From: Octopus vulgaris
Taxonomy: Eukaryota
NCBI GenBank assembly: GCA_951406725.2
Contig: OX597815.1
Span: 46,252,001 to 46,316,000 of the forward strand
Direction of reading: 5' to 3'
Length of the DNA: 64,000 nt
Part shown: piece by piece, positions 38,379 through 52,365 of the stretch
How positions within the stretch are numbered: position 1 is the stretch's first letter
Layout: every line of letters starts with the position of its first letter
The notes under the pieces: generated by a model
What the model saw: only the letters and a program-made list of their open reading frames with translations
Told to the model about the DNA's origin: nothing
The model's database searches: none
Translations under genes and position numbers: made by a program

Positions 38379-39275
38379 CCACACAGCCACTCCTGCGCCT
38401 ATAATTTAACTTATTTCATGAATATTGATCTAAGCTTGTTCTTATTCTAGTACATAGTTCGATGACGTTTACGAGATGTACTGTTCCAGTAATCGCTGAC
38501 AGGCTTGTTTGGGGGTGTGATATTATGTTCATGACGTGATATTGCCTGAGAAGCAAAGTATCGAGTTGTCTATGTTTATTATATTGTCTGAATGTCTTTT
38601 TTGAAATTAGCTCTTTGACATAAGTACTATTTTGTAGTTATATGTAATCTCTATTTGTTTATTCTTATGTTGTTACTCATAGAAATAGGCTGGTTTATTC
38701 CCAGTCAGTATTTATATTGTTAGCGCTGTGGATTGAATGGTACTGCTCAAGTGTCGAGAATATAGTGATATTCCTTTGGGCAGCTGAAGACAGGAATGCA
38801 GATTATGCTCGATTGTGAATTTCTTATATCTTAGTTCCGTTATTCTGGGTGGTCCTTCATTTTGTAAATTTTGTGGAGATGGCTTACTTTGGCATTAGTT
38901 TTCTTCGTAGATAACCTAAATAGGCTCGGACAAGGCTTAGCTATTCGGGTCTGGATTTGGTAGGTTCTGTAGCATATATGTATACACATATATTATCGAT
39001 GTCACATACTTAATGTATGTTAAAACGCCTTTTGGCTGCGATATTTCGTCCAGAGAAGTCTCTTTAAAGATGTAGAATGTTAAAAATCATAGTATACTTC
39101 AAAGCTAAGGAAACAAACCACCCCGGAGGAGAACGGAAAGAACATTTTGCCTTTATTTCAGTTCATTGGTGTTATATACTCGATTCGCATTAGGGCCGAA
39201 TACAAATAGCTGGCCCGAAGTATATACAAACAGTGTATAATCTATCTGCTGATTTGCTTTAGAAACGCACAAGTA

Positions 39276-39310
<35 letters not shown>

Positions 39311-39406
39311 TGTATGTATGTATGTATGTATGTATGTATGTATGTATGCATGTATGTATGTATGTATGTATGTATGTATGTATGTATATATATATATATG
39401 TATATA

Positions 39407-39537
<131 letters not shown>

Positions 39538-39732
39538 TAGCTGTGAAAGGGGCCGCGCTTCAATCATAGGAAGAATCAGCCATGAAAGAAGCTGCAAGAA
39601 AGGGAGTCCCTGATATGTTCGATTAAGTGACGAAAAGGGCCAATTATTATTATATATGTATATATCCTCTGTATTGTAGTTTAATATTCCTATTCAATCC
39701 TCATTCATTCTCTATTCAAAATTGAAAATGCC

Positions 39733-40132
39733 ACGCCGGGGAGCAGGCAGTAACGTTAGCATACTGGGGGAAATGCTTAGCGGTATCTTGTCTGCCATTA
39801 CGTTCTGAGTTCAAATTCCGCCGAGGTCGACTTTGCCTTTCATCCTTTCGGGGTCGATAAATTAAGTACCAGTTACGCACTGGGGTCGATATAATCGACT
39901 TAATCCGTTTGTCTGTCCTTGTTTGTCCTCTCTGTGTTTAGCCCCTTATGGGTAGTAAAGAAATAGGTATTTCGTCTGTCTTAACTTTTTTGTGTTCAAA
40001 TTCCGCCGTGGTCGACTTTGCTTTCCATCCTTTCGGGGTCGATAAATTAAGTACCAACTGCGTACTGGTGTCGATCTAATCGACTAGCCCCCTCCCCAAA
40101 CATTTCGAGCCTTGTGTTTGGAGTAGAAAGAA
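39733..40132 (+). mobile_element. Two tandem family B SINEs: Tx1-tail copy followed by a 5'-truncated (ATT)-type-tail copy
   Basis: First ends gtttagccccttatgggtagtaaagaaata (~39965); second ends ctagccccctccccaaacatttcgagccttgtgtttggagtagaaag. Confidence 0.85.
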
Positions 40133-40369
40133 AATTGGAACTGCCACCATTCCCTGCCATGGATGTTCTCATTTGAAACTGCTAATGAACATTACTTATA
40201 ACTATTATTTATTCGATTATGGAACTACGTAACGTTTACATATTTTACTCTGATCCTTTTCCCATTTTGACAAACTGGAATATAATAATATCTTCCACTA
40301 GAGATATTTCCTCATTTTCATATCTCTCTGACTTTTCCCTCTCTGATGATGGAATACTCAGCTTATGGA

Positions 40370-40688
40370 ATCTTTACTCAATATGATGACCCACATGGTT
40401 GGCTATTCTAGGAACAGATGTAAGAGACTATATGTTTATATTCTCTAACTAAATAAAATATTTTTTTACGAGTGATGTTAAACGTTTTGCTTTTTGAAAT
40501 TTTTACTTTAATCTATGTCTACCTGCTCAAGAAGCAGCCACTTCTAGCCGCCTCTGATAGACAGTCTCAACATCACACTTTCAGTTGCAGTTCAAACCAG
40601 ACTTTTAGTGGTAAAACAAACTGAGTACTCATAGTAGATATCTATTACATTACATAAATTGACGAAAACTTTTTATATATACTGTATA

Positions 40689-40783
<95 letters not shown>

Positions 40784-41063
40784 CACATATATATACAGTA
40801 TATATAAAAAGTTTGTTTTACCACTAAAAGCCTGGTTTGAACTGCAACTGAAAGTGTGAGGTTGAGACTGTCTATCAGAGGTGGCTAGAAGTGGTTGCTT
40901 CTTGAGCAGGTAGACATAGATTAAAGTAAAAATTTTAAAAAGCAAAACGTTTGACATCACTCGTAATAAATATTTTATTTAGTTACTGAATATAAACATA
41001 TAGAGTCTCTTACATCTGTTCCTAGAATAGCCAAGCATGTGGGTCATTATATTGAGTAAAGAT
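40370..41063. repeat. Long inverted repeat (~253-bp arms) around a (TA)n core
   Basis: Arms 40370-40622 and 40810-41063 are reverse complements with scattered mismatches; inner arms ~40666-40690 and ~40790-40813. Confidence 0.93.
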
Positions 41064-41352
41064 ATATATATATATATATTCCCTTTTAGAACTGGATTTC
41101 GGAGCACGCATAAAGCGAAAGCACACACGCACCTACATATATTTTAATGTAAGTTTCTTTGTGAAGTTATATATAAAATCAATTTAAAGAATTACTCAAG
41201 TACAAGGAAAATGTTGACAACGGCTTCAAACTATCGGCTTACTAGCCGTCATCATGGGGCGGTTGGTAAACCAACACTTCGTAGCCACTCTCACATTTTT
41301 CATTGTAAAAATTGTGTGCATGTGTGCGCGTGTGTGTGAGAGAGAGGGAGAT

Positions 41353-41391
<39 letters not shown>

Positions 41392-42522
41392 TTGATAGAT
41401 AGATAAAAGCATACGTATACCACACCTAAGTTTCAACATTTTAAAAATTTGTTTTTGATCGGTGATTAACCTTCAATTTCTAGATCGGTGACTGACCTTC
41501 AATTTTTTACGCATTATACAGATTTCTAAACAATTCTTTTCTCTTTTTTTAAACCGAGGTTTAGTTCCGACGAAAATTAGTTGTTATACCTTAAATTACA
41601 AGGGTTTGGTATTATCTCTAAAATTTAGTGATATTAGAAGGGCGGTTTGAATTATTTACCTCCATTGATTCATCGTTTCATTTCAACAAGTCTCAACTGA
41701 AGATATGACGTCACCCCTTTTTCTCCTTTTTCTTTTTGTTCCTTTGAGATATATGTTTTACTCCCTTCCGCACTTTTATTCATTTCTACTTATCTTTTTT
41801 TTTACTTATTTCTGCTCCTTTTTTGTTTGTTTTTGAAATGATTCCTTTGATGATAATCATACCGACACACACAGACACAGACATTCACACGCAGGTACAC
41901 ACACAGAAAACACATAAATTTACATATGTGTGTGTGTGTGTGTGTGCGTGTTAAAATGAGTGTCTATATATGCATGCTTATATGTATTATATATTATACG
42001 GGCCCCCTAATCTTTCAGGACTATAATTTTGTATAACCATGTTATATTTCTTCTCACATAACAACAATAGCTATCATGACAGGAGTAAAATAAGAATAAC
42101 AACTACAATATTAAAACCAAAAAATAAATTAAATATGAAGTAATAAAAAAGAACGTTATAAATCTCTAAGAAATCCGCCGCTAACGACAGGCGGGCCGGT
42201 TTCAAAGATCACCGAGGTAGTAATCTTTTATCATGGTCCCCGTCTCCACCACATCACAAATCCTCTATTTCTTCTTCAACTCGTTATATTACACTTTCCA
42301 TTACCCTATCATCTTTTTTTTCTCTCTCTGTCTCTCTGACCCCTCCTCTCTCTCCACACATGCACATGAATATACATATACTTGTGTGTCTTATGCTAGT
42401 ATGTATGTATGTATGTATGTATGTATGTATGTATGTATGTATGTATGTATGTATGTATGAATGTATGTATGTATGTATGTACGTATATATGTATGTAACT
42501 ATCTATCAATCAATCTCTCTAT

Positions 42523-42553
<31 letters not shown>

Positions 42554-42625
42554 CAATGAATGAACAAAAAAACAGAAAAAGCCACAAGAGAGCAGAGTTT
42601 TATCAAACGTGCGCGCGCACAGACA

Positions 42626-42682
<57 letters not shown>

Positions 42683-42995
42683 ACACACACACAAACATAC
42701 AAACACAGACACATTTCGCCGTGCTAGACCGCTGAAATCTACAAGTTTTTTTCACTCTCTCTGTTTATTTTCTCTTATTTCTTTCTGTTGAAGGGCATAG
42801 GCTCGAATCGTAAAAGACTTTTTCATTTTTCCGAGCATCAAACTAATACACTTGTTTGTTGTTCATACACCTGACTTCGTCTTTTGCTTTTCTATAAATT
42901 TCAACTAAATATATATAGGTTAGCAAAAAATCACACTAGCAAAAAGGTAGGAACGCCTTGTTTTTAAAGGTAGAAACTTATATATACATACATAC

Positions 42996-43064
<69 letters not shown>

Positions 43065-43125
43065 GTATATATGTATGTAAGCATGTATGTATGCATGTAT
43101 GTGTGTATGTATGTATGTATGTATG

Positions 43126-43186
<61 letters not shown>

Positions 43187-43568
43187 AAATGAGGGTGAAA
43201 AAATTATATATTAATTTAATAACATCTAAAATTGCTCTCAAGAATAACTTAGCACACTGTGAACGAGGGCATTTGAATATAACTATGAATATAATAGGCC
43301 GTACTGCTCGTATTTTTGACCTCGTGTTAAGATATGGCGTGCAGTTCGACAAATTATATTTTTGACGGTCTCCACTGAGGATCTGCAAATTAATTGTGTA
43401 AGTAAAATTGCATAATTTATTAACAGTGAAACAATTGTATGGGATTAATCTATATTTTTGTTATTTTTCATTTGTCCTGCTCGATTACGTTCACAGTGTG
43501 CTAAGTTTTTCTTGAGAACAATTTTTAGTGGTTAGCGTAAGGGCGTCCACTTTAGTGGATTATCTCTC

Positions 43569-43612
<44 letters not shown>

Positions 43613-43966
43613 TAAAGTAAGAGCAGGAAGAATTACATCAAAAAATCACAGAAGATATACGACCAAAATAAAATAATATTATATTAATAGATAAATATAT
43701 AAAGCATGATTATTTAAAAGGTTTGAGATATCTTACAATCATTTCATGAATGTATTTGATTAACTATATACATATATATATAGAGAGAGAGGCAGATCGA
43801 AAATAAAAATAAAAAGCACAAAAGTCAAATGGACGTACACGGTAAATGTATTACTCTGACGCTCAGTATAAGATAGAAAAAAGAGGTGGCTCTTCGTCAG
43901 AAACAGGTGAGAAGAAAGGTCCGGAGAGAAAGAAAATCAGTTCAAGAAAAACACGTGCGTTGCTCG

Positions 43967-44108
43967 TGGCTGTGTGATAATCTTGCTTCCCAACCACATG
44001 ATTCCGCGTTCAGTGCCACTACATGGCCAAGTGTCTTCTACTATAGCCTCGGGCCGACTAAAGCCTTGTGAGTGGATTTAGTAGACGGAAACTGAAAGAT
44101 GCCCGTCG

Positions 44109-44157
<49 letters not shown>

Positions 44158-44385
44158 ATGTTTCTGTGCTTGTCTCCCACCTGCCCTTCGCTTGACAATC
44201 AATGCTGGTATGTTTACGTCCCCGTAACTTAGCGATTCGGCAAAAGATTCCGATAGAATAAGTATTAGGCTTACAAAAAAAAGTCCTGGGGTCGAGTTTT
44301 TCGACTAAAATCCTTTAATGCGATGCTCCAGCATAGCTGCAGTCAAATGACTGAAACAAATAGTAGAATGAAAGAATAAAAGAAT
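43967..44385 (+). mobile_element. SINE family A, full length
   Basis: gtggctgtgtgataa head, gcccgtcg(TA)n(TG)n middle, gactgaaacaaatagtagaatgaaagaataaaagaat tail. Confidence 0.85.
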
Positions 44386-44960
44386 ACAGACATATCGGAG
44401 TTCATGCGAGGATATTTATGCTCATGTTTGTTTCACCATTTCTTAACAACCGATGTTGTTTCGTTTACCTCTTTCTTTAGGCGTTGAACATAAGTACCAG
44501 ATTGCCTGACTAAACTAAACGAATGAAGGACAAGAATATATACGAGGAATCTACTACATTTAATCTATAAAACATTCAAAACCAGTGCATGTTTCCTCCT
44601 TGCATGGGTATAAATATAACTGAAAATATGTGTTAGATATGTAAGCTTGTTAGTTTACGTATCTATGCATCTACAGTCGCACATAATGTTTTATCCTACA
44701 GAGAGAAATGATTACAAGTAAACATAAGCAAAAACACACGTCTGGCCATAGAGGAAAGAAAGGCTGGCAGTTAAGAAGATAACGAAAAATAGTGAGAAAG
44801 TGGAAAAGAAAGAATAAAACAGTCCAGTACAAGTAATTTGTCGGGAATAGGAAAAGGCAAGTTTGACTTGAACGGCATTGGAAAACTCAGAGAGTGGAGA
44901 GTCGCAATGAATACGGCAAGGTAATTCCTCGAGTGTTTTACCGAGTTTGCTAATACGCCG

Positions 44961-45010
<50 letters not shown>

Positions 45011-45032
45011 CACACACACGTCCACATACATG

Positions 45033-45066
<34 letters not shown>

Positions 45067-45763
45067 TATTCACGCACACGCACAGAGACACACAAACACA
45101 CTCACAGACACTCACGTAACATGAATGGTGTAAGATGGAAAATAACATAAAGTTTCTCTGCCAGACAATGGCCTCAATACTTTAACCTATATTTAAATGC
45201 TGGTGATATATCTAGTATTTTTCATATATTGCTAATATCCACTCATTTATCTCTTGATATCCAAATATATTTTGAAAGTTTTGTACTCTTCTCCAAGTGG
45301 CAATGATGGAATGAACTGATGTGTTGGCACATACGATATGTGATTGATCACAGTATTCATTCTAAAAGTACAATTTGTTGAAAGATTTCCTTGCTTCGTA
45401 GTTACTTCTATTTCTCGTTCGGCTAAAATTAACTTAAAGCTAACATCTTACTCTAACTCATTTTCATTTGTATTTTCTTACTTACACTCAATCACTTACA
45501 AAGACGAGCTTAGGAGGGTTGTACGATAAACACCTCGTTGTTTCCTTCTTATTTTATTATTTCATTCTATTGCCCCTTAAATCTGCATTACATCCTTACT
45601 GTGGTAACAAATAAATATACATTGCTAACTATATGTAGTTGTATGCGTGTATGCACGTTCACTTGTGTATGAACTGTTATAAGATGAACATAATTTGTGC
45701 GTTTAGCAAAAATACGGTTATACAAATGCGGTCTTGCTTTTCATTGATTACAGAATCTATTAG

Positions 45764-45946
45764 CAAAAACCGTTAGATTCACTTCAACATTTAAATTTAA
45801 TTTGTCAAAATATTTTCGCCGCTTTGAGACCGCGACCTGTTCACTGACAAAATTCCGTGCTGTCAGTGAACAGGTCGCGGTCTCAAAGCGGCGAAAATAT
45901 TTTGACAAATTAAATTTATATGTTGAAGTGAATCTAACGGTTTTTG
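45764..45946. repeat. Near-perfect palindrome (86-bp arms, 11-nt loop)
   Basis: Arms 45764-45849 and 45861-45946 differ at one position by eye; loop aaattccgtgc. Confidence 0.95.
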
Positions 45947-47339
45947 TGTGTTTCTTAAATGGCTTATAAACACCTTCCACGCTGCACTTGTTTTCGTTCC
46001 AGCACACGATCTCAGAGCAGGTCACTTGCTATGCAAGTACATCTCCGTAAATAAGAATCTAAATAAGTTACAAAGTACTGGGATCGATAAAAATCGATGA
46101 AAACCGGTAAAGACGTACACCAGCATGGTTGCAACTCAATAACTGAAACCAGTAAAAGATTAAAAGAATATAAATACTGAAGGAAATGTATGGAATATCC
46201 CGATATTCTCCGCCATAGATAGTCACATTAAAATAGAATCCTCACTTAAGCTTGTCTTAAATAATAATTCCTCCATTAGAGTTCAAACTGCAAAATTTAA
46301 AATGTCATCCACAGGGGATACTTTCTGTAAACAGTCAATTAATTCTGGTCAAATTATCATCGTGAAAGATGAAAAAAAATTCTTGAAACAAGAAAAAAGA
46401 AAGAAAGAAAACAGCATTTTGTTATTATCAACCTTTCGTGCTTCACCTGAACATAGGTGGTTCTAACGTTTTACATCGTCTTCTGTCTCAATATGATTAA
46501 TTATAATCATTAATTACCACATTAAAACTGATATCTTTTCCAATTCATTGTGGATTAACTTTTACAAAACAAAAATGTCGGTAGTAGATTTTTTTCTCCA
46601 GTTTTGACTATCGAGCTGTGAAGCAAAACGAAATCTATCAGAAATAATGTTTTGCAGCTTAACTACCAAGAGATTATAATCGCAACGTGTTCCTTTCGAG
46701 ATCGTTATTTTGAACAGATAACAAACGACATTTTGTATTTTCACATACAAATAACAGATGTATAGCCTTAATCTGCTGCATATTTCTAACGTAGAATAAT
46801 AAGATTTCATTATCCTGCGCCCGTAAGCGAAAGCAGGGTATTGTAGTCTTTGTCTGTGTGTTTGCGAAATAACTGGAAAACGGCTGAAGAGATTTTTACC
46901 AAATTTGGCCTAAATACTCATTGGGTGAGTGACTCGAACTCATTATCTTGGTTTGAAGAATGAGTTCAATACGCAAACAACGAAAGAATGAGTTCAATAC
47001 CCAAACAACGAAAGAAACAAATGGAAAACAGGACAAGTAACATAAAGAACGACCCTTCATCAGTTGTCGGCTATCTATCTACTCCTCATTTCGAGCAATA
47101 TATATATATAGAGTTGGGTCTACGTGTGCGACCCTGAAACGAATCATCAGTAGTTACAATGGAAGAACTCTTTATCTCGACAACCGTAGGAGGCACAATA
47201 GTGCTGCAGCTCATTGAAGAGCATGCTGATCGTTTGTTTCTACATCCGAGGTATTGTGCATCGAGAATTCTTCCCCCAGGGCCAGACCGTCAATCGACGT
47301 TTTGAAGCGTTTTAGGGAGAACACTCGGTGGTAGGAAGC

Positions 47340-47401
<62 letters not shown>

Positions 47402-47917
47402 TCACTTTCCCTCCACTTTCACTTCACTGTGTCCCTGTGGTTTTTTCTCGCCCCTCCTTAATTCTTCTGTCTCTCTTCTACTTCTCTCTCTTCTCTTCCC
47501 ACGTGACCGCCGTTCGGCCAAGCCTGTTCTTTCTTTCTTGGTCTGACCGTTGTTTGCGAAATTCTTGTATCTCTGTGGTAAGGCTTCATTTCCACACACG
47601 CCAGCTTAATTCAGTTCGTCCTTAGTCGAAAGACACCTGTTATGTCCTGTTATTGTATTTTTTATTGTATTTATATTTGTGTAACATTGTCCGTTTTTTC
47701 CGTCCTTGTTTTTGTATACATTCGTTTTCTTCCAAGGAATCTAATGCTCTTAGCTTAATTTTTCCTTGGGGCTGGCCAGATTGGAGCAATCTCAAGTATA
47801 ATCAGCCGAAATTGCGAGGATAATCTGGTGCTTGATTGAGGATAGAGTGCTTCGAACGACCTGTCCTTGTTTTCTTTGTATCGTCTATCTGGATGTTTTG
47901 TTGTCCCATTTTGTATT

Positions 47918-47970
<53 letters not shown>

Positions 47971-48004
47971 ATATATATAGACATATATATAATGTATATA
48001 TATA

Positions 48005-48063
<59 letters not shown>

Positions 48064-48086
48064 ATTTATATACACACACACAAATA

Positions 48087-48995
48087 CGGGGTGGTATCAA
48101 AACGTTCCCGGTCATGTGGAGAAAATTCATCAGCTGGTGCACGAAGATCGTCGGAGGGCAATCAACGACTTTGCTGATGTTGTTGGTCTGTCGTATGGTT
48201 CCGTGCTGGCAATCCTAACGTCTGCAGCGTGTCTCTGCAAAGTTTGTCCTCTGCCTACAACTGAGAAGAATGAACATCGCGACGAAATCTGTGAAGATCT
48301 CCGTATCCGTGCCGCTGATGACTCATTCTTAATGTCGAAGATCATCATAGATGACGAGAATTGGGTCTACATGTACGATCCTGAGACGAAGCAGTAGTAG
48401 TCACAATGGAAAAACCCTTCATCTCCAAGACCAAAGAAGGCACGACAGTGCCGTAGCTCAGTCAAGAGCATGCTCAACATTTGTTTCGACATCCGGGTAT
48501 TGTGCATCGAGAATTCGCCCTCCATTTCCAGGCCGTCAATCTAGAGTTCTACTTCGACCTTTTGAAGCGTTTGAGACCGGACATTCGGAGTAAGCGAACA
48601 GGTGTGTGGAGCGCAAAGGATTGGAGTCTTCACGACGACATTACACCCTGTTACCGAGCTCTCATCACTCGTGAGTTTCTCCCGCAAAATGACACGGCAT
48701 CGCTTCTGCATCCGCCCTATTTGCCAGATTTAGCACCTGCAGCCTTCCGTCTCTTCTCTAAGATGAAAATGCAGCTCAAAGGTCGCCGTTTTAACACTTG
48801 TTGAATCCAGAGCAAATTGCAGAAAGCCTTCGACTCACTTGCAGAAACGACTTCCAGGCCGGATTTCAAAAGTGACAGGAAGTCTAGGACCGGTAATTTG
48901 CAGTGCAAAGTGACTATTTCGAAAGAGATGGTGTTAAAATTTGGTAAATAAGTTATTTTTTTTTTATTAAACATAAATTGTCCGAGAACTTTCAG
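48087..48995 (+). pseudogene. Decayed mariner transposase (N-terminus deleted)
   Basis: TA + TIR-like cggggtggtatcaaaacgttcccgg. Peptides VHEDRR..I...[41 protein letters not shown] and HPPYLPDLAP..F.LF.KMK..LKGRRF (mariner HPPYSPDLAP motif); frameshifts. Confidence 0.9.
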
Positions 48996-49169
48996 ACTGC
49001 GGCGATGTTAGGGCACCGCCTTGAACAATTTTAGTTAAACGAATTTACCCCACAACATTTTTCTAAAGCTCGGTACTTATTCTATCGGTTTCTTGTGCCG
49101 AATCGTTACGTTACGGCGATATAAACACACCAACACCAGTTACCAAGCGGTGGTGGTGGTGGACAAAGA

Positions 49170-49218
<49 letters not shown>

Positions 49219-49241
49219 ACACACACACAAACACACACACA

Positions 49242-49281
<40 letters not shown>

Positions 49282-49540
49282 CGATATACTGGCAGGTTAG
49301 ATTCGACTTAACTATCAGCTTTAATTTCAAGCGAAATTAGCTTGCCAATATATAATAGTACCCTCGCTCGCTGTGGGCTGTTAACTCCCCTATCAGTACA
49401 TAAAGTTGTGTTACGTTCGTGGCTATAAGGGTCTTTGACGCTTATTTCTAGCAATGTAGGTGGTACCAAGCGCCATCAGTCACTATTAGTGACAATTGAA
49501 TTTTTCCCTTTTGATTTTATATTGCGTCTAGCCACCTTTA

Positions 49541-49581
<41 letters not shown>

Positions 49582-49885
49582 TACACACACATACGACGAG
49601 CTTCTTTCAGTTTCCGCCTACCAAATTCACTCGCAAGACGTTGTTCGGCCCGAGGCTATAGTAGAAGACACTTGCCCTAGGTGTCACGCAATCCTTCCCA
49701 CATTATTCTGACCTTTCATATTTCAGGAATTTCTATCACGCCTGAAAAGTTTTAGTCCAATAACAAGTCGAGGAACACAATCCGTTACGACCAGGAGAGC
49801 TTAAAAAGAGATGTACACCAGAGAATCTCTCAGATTCCAATGTACATCACTGGAACCTCAGTATATGTAGTATATTTGAGGCTCA

Positions 49886-50266
49886 TCTCTCTCTATATAA
49901 ACGGCAGTTTGTCTGTGTGTGTTTCTGTGTGTCTGTTTGGTTGTACCCTCACTCTGACCACGGCTTTCAACCGATTCTGATGAAACTTGACACACACAGC
50001 CCAATGTCATAATTCAAAACTAACGCAGCGAAAATTTTGAAAAGTTCCCCAGTTCTGAAAAAAATCGATAAATTCGACATGGAGTCGAGAATCAGAAACA
50101 CAAACCACAGATTGTCTAGGGGACGCGACTCCACCTTTTTAACTCTCAAAAAAATGTACCATCATTTTTTTCCCCATTTTTTTGCTATATTTTGGCTATA
50201 ACTATCTAAAAATGCTTTATAGTTATTTCCCTTACAAACCCGAGCAACGCCGGGCGATACTGCTAG
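49886..50266 (+). mobile_element. Non-autonomous Helitron
   Basis: 5' TC terminus (tctctctctatataaacggcag) after an A; subterminal hairpin cccgagcaacgccggg; 3' CTAG followed by T (A|T target); no TSD. Confidence 0.85.
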
Positions 50267-51917
50267 TTCTTCATAAACGTGAAGTTTGATTCACACAGAC
50301 ATTAAGTCGATGTGGATTCTCAGTGATTAAATACCGCACTGAAATAAATTAAATTTATTGTGCGTATCTATGTGTGTGTATTTTTGTGTGTATATGTGTA
50401 TGTGTGTATGTGCATATGTGTATGTGTGCGTGTGTGTTTGTGTGTGTGTATGTGTATATATAATATGCGTCTATGTGCATTGAGATAGCTTTGATGGAGG
50501 AAACAAAGACGGTTGAATTGACAAGGTGGGTGTACCGTCCTTACATCTCTTGCTATGAGATACGTCTCAGTTCAGTGTTACCTGACCGTAAACAAATCTT
50601 GTGACACGCGATACAACGGGGTGACGGTGAAGGCGAGTATCAAGTCTCTTACAAAATTCTATCCCCCTCTCCTTGTAAGAAAAAAAAAGAGAAAAAGAAC
50701 CCAGACAGAAACTTCACCGGTTCGGGTCCATTGATATCAAGTTTACAAACGAAAAACAAATTGAACCTTTCAGTACATTTTTTTTTTTGTCTGGGAAAAT
50801 TTTAATTTTGTTTTTATATTTTATGATAGTTTCAATTTATTTTCACTCCTACGTCTTCTGATTGTTGTTGCTTACATCTTTTTTTGTTGCTACTTGCTGT
50901 TACTTTTTAAACCCCATGTCAAACACTGTTCAAATAGACTTGCAACGAATGACACTCTGGCCTTAGATATCTTGTGGGTATTTTATGGAAGTGATTTTCA
51001 GGAGAAAGGGCTGCTATTTCTGTTAGGTTAAATGATTATGTAGAAGCTCCCTCGCCTCGATGATTCCCGGTTTGCCTTCATATTGGCTTCAAGTTTCGGA
51101 GAAGGGGCTAAGTCAGTTACATCAACCTCAGTGTTCGGCCGGTACTTATTTTTAACCATCTGGAAAGGGTGAAAGGCGAAGTCAGCCTGGGCAGATTTTG
51201 AACTCAGAACATAAAGACGGAAGAAATATCGATAAACATTTTGCTCGGTGTGCTAACGATTCTGCCAGCTTGCTGCTTTTGGCTTGCCTACGTATTGCCT
51301 TCTATTTTTAAAAATGATAATGGTAGAATCGGTGAGATTTGGTTGCTGTTTCGTGTAAATCAAGCAAAATAGTACTGGTATCTCTGTTGACTCGTTTAAT
51401 ACCTAGTATTACTCACATCGCTTTGTCGATTACGGGTTAGGATAGAAAAGGCTTGGTTAAAAATACCACATAACTGTGTTTGAATACAGAACAGACAAAC
51501 ACAGGTATATCAAATACCATACAACATAAGTTTGTTTTGGTTTGTCAAAATTGTTTCCACCTCTAGAGAATATATCAGAATTATCAAGGAAAAATTAAAA
51601 CAAGCTCCAATTGAAAAAGGGATATTATCTTAAGAATCGAGAACTCTCAAAAGCTAGCAAGCCATTAACGAATAGAACAGGCTTATTATCTGGAGATAAG
51701 GAGATAGGTACGTCAACTTTCTAGTGTTCTTAATTCTTCAGATTATCTCGCGTTCTCAAGTGAAGCTTGTTTCCTAATTTGCCATTTGGTTATTATTAAT
51801 ATAACACTGATAAGTTAAGTACCTGTGACACATTTGGGTCTATGTAATCGACTAGTGCCCTCTCCACAAAATTTCAGGCCTTGTGTCTATAATAGAAAGG
51901 ATTATTAATATAACATT

Positions 51918-52365
51918 AAGGCGGCGAGCTGGTGGAATCGTTAGCACGCCGGGCAAAATGCTTAGCGACATTTCATCCGTCTTCGCTTTCCGAGTTCAAA
52001 TTCCACCGAGATTGACTTTGCCTTTCATTCGATAAATTAAGTACCAGTCGAGCACTGGGGTCGATGTAATTGGCTAGTGCCATCCCTCAAAATTTCAGAC
52101 CTTGTGCCTATTGTAGAAAGAATTATTAATATATGTTTCTTTATTACCCACAAGGGGCTAAACATAGAGGGGACAAACAAGGACATACAAAGGGATTAAG
52201 TCAATTACATCGACCCCAGTGCGTAACTGGTACTTAATTTATCAACCCCGAAAGGATGAAAGGCAAAGTCGACCTCTGCGGAATTTGAACTCAGAACGTA
52301 GCGACGGGCAAAATACCACGAATCACTTCGCCCGGGGTGCTAACGTCTCTGCCAGCTCACCGCCT
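51918..52365. mobile_element. Tail-to-tail family B SINEs: (ATT)-tail copy (+, 51918-52130) and Tx1-tail copy (-, 52131-52365)
   Basis: Both carry the ggcggYgagctggY head. The minus copy ends gtttagccccttgtgggtaataaagaaacata, with TSD-like attattaatata at both sides. Confidence 0.85.

Noticed and set aside
46958-47015. Short tandem duplications (also 4623-4680, 21981-22020, 37305-37360, 38357-38400, 41457-41505)
   Set aside because: Ordinary 19-28-bp slippage duplications with no higher-order structure.
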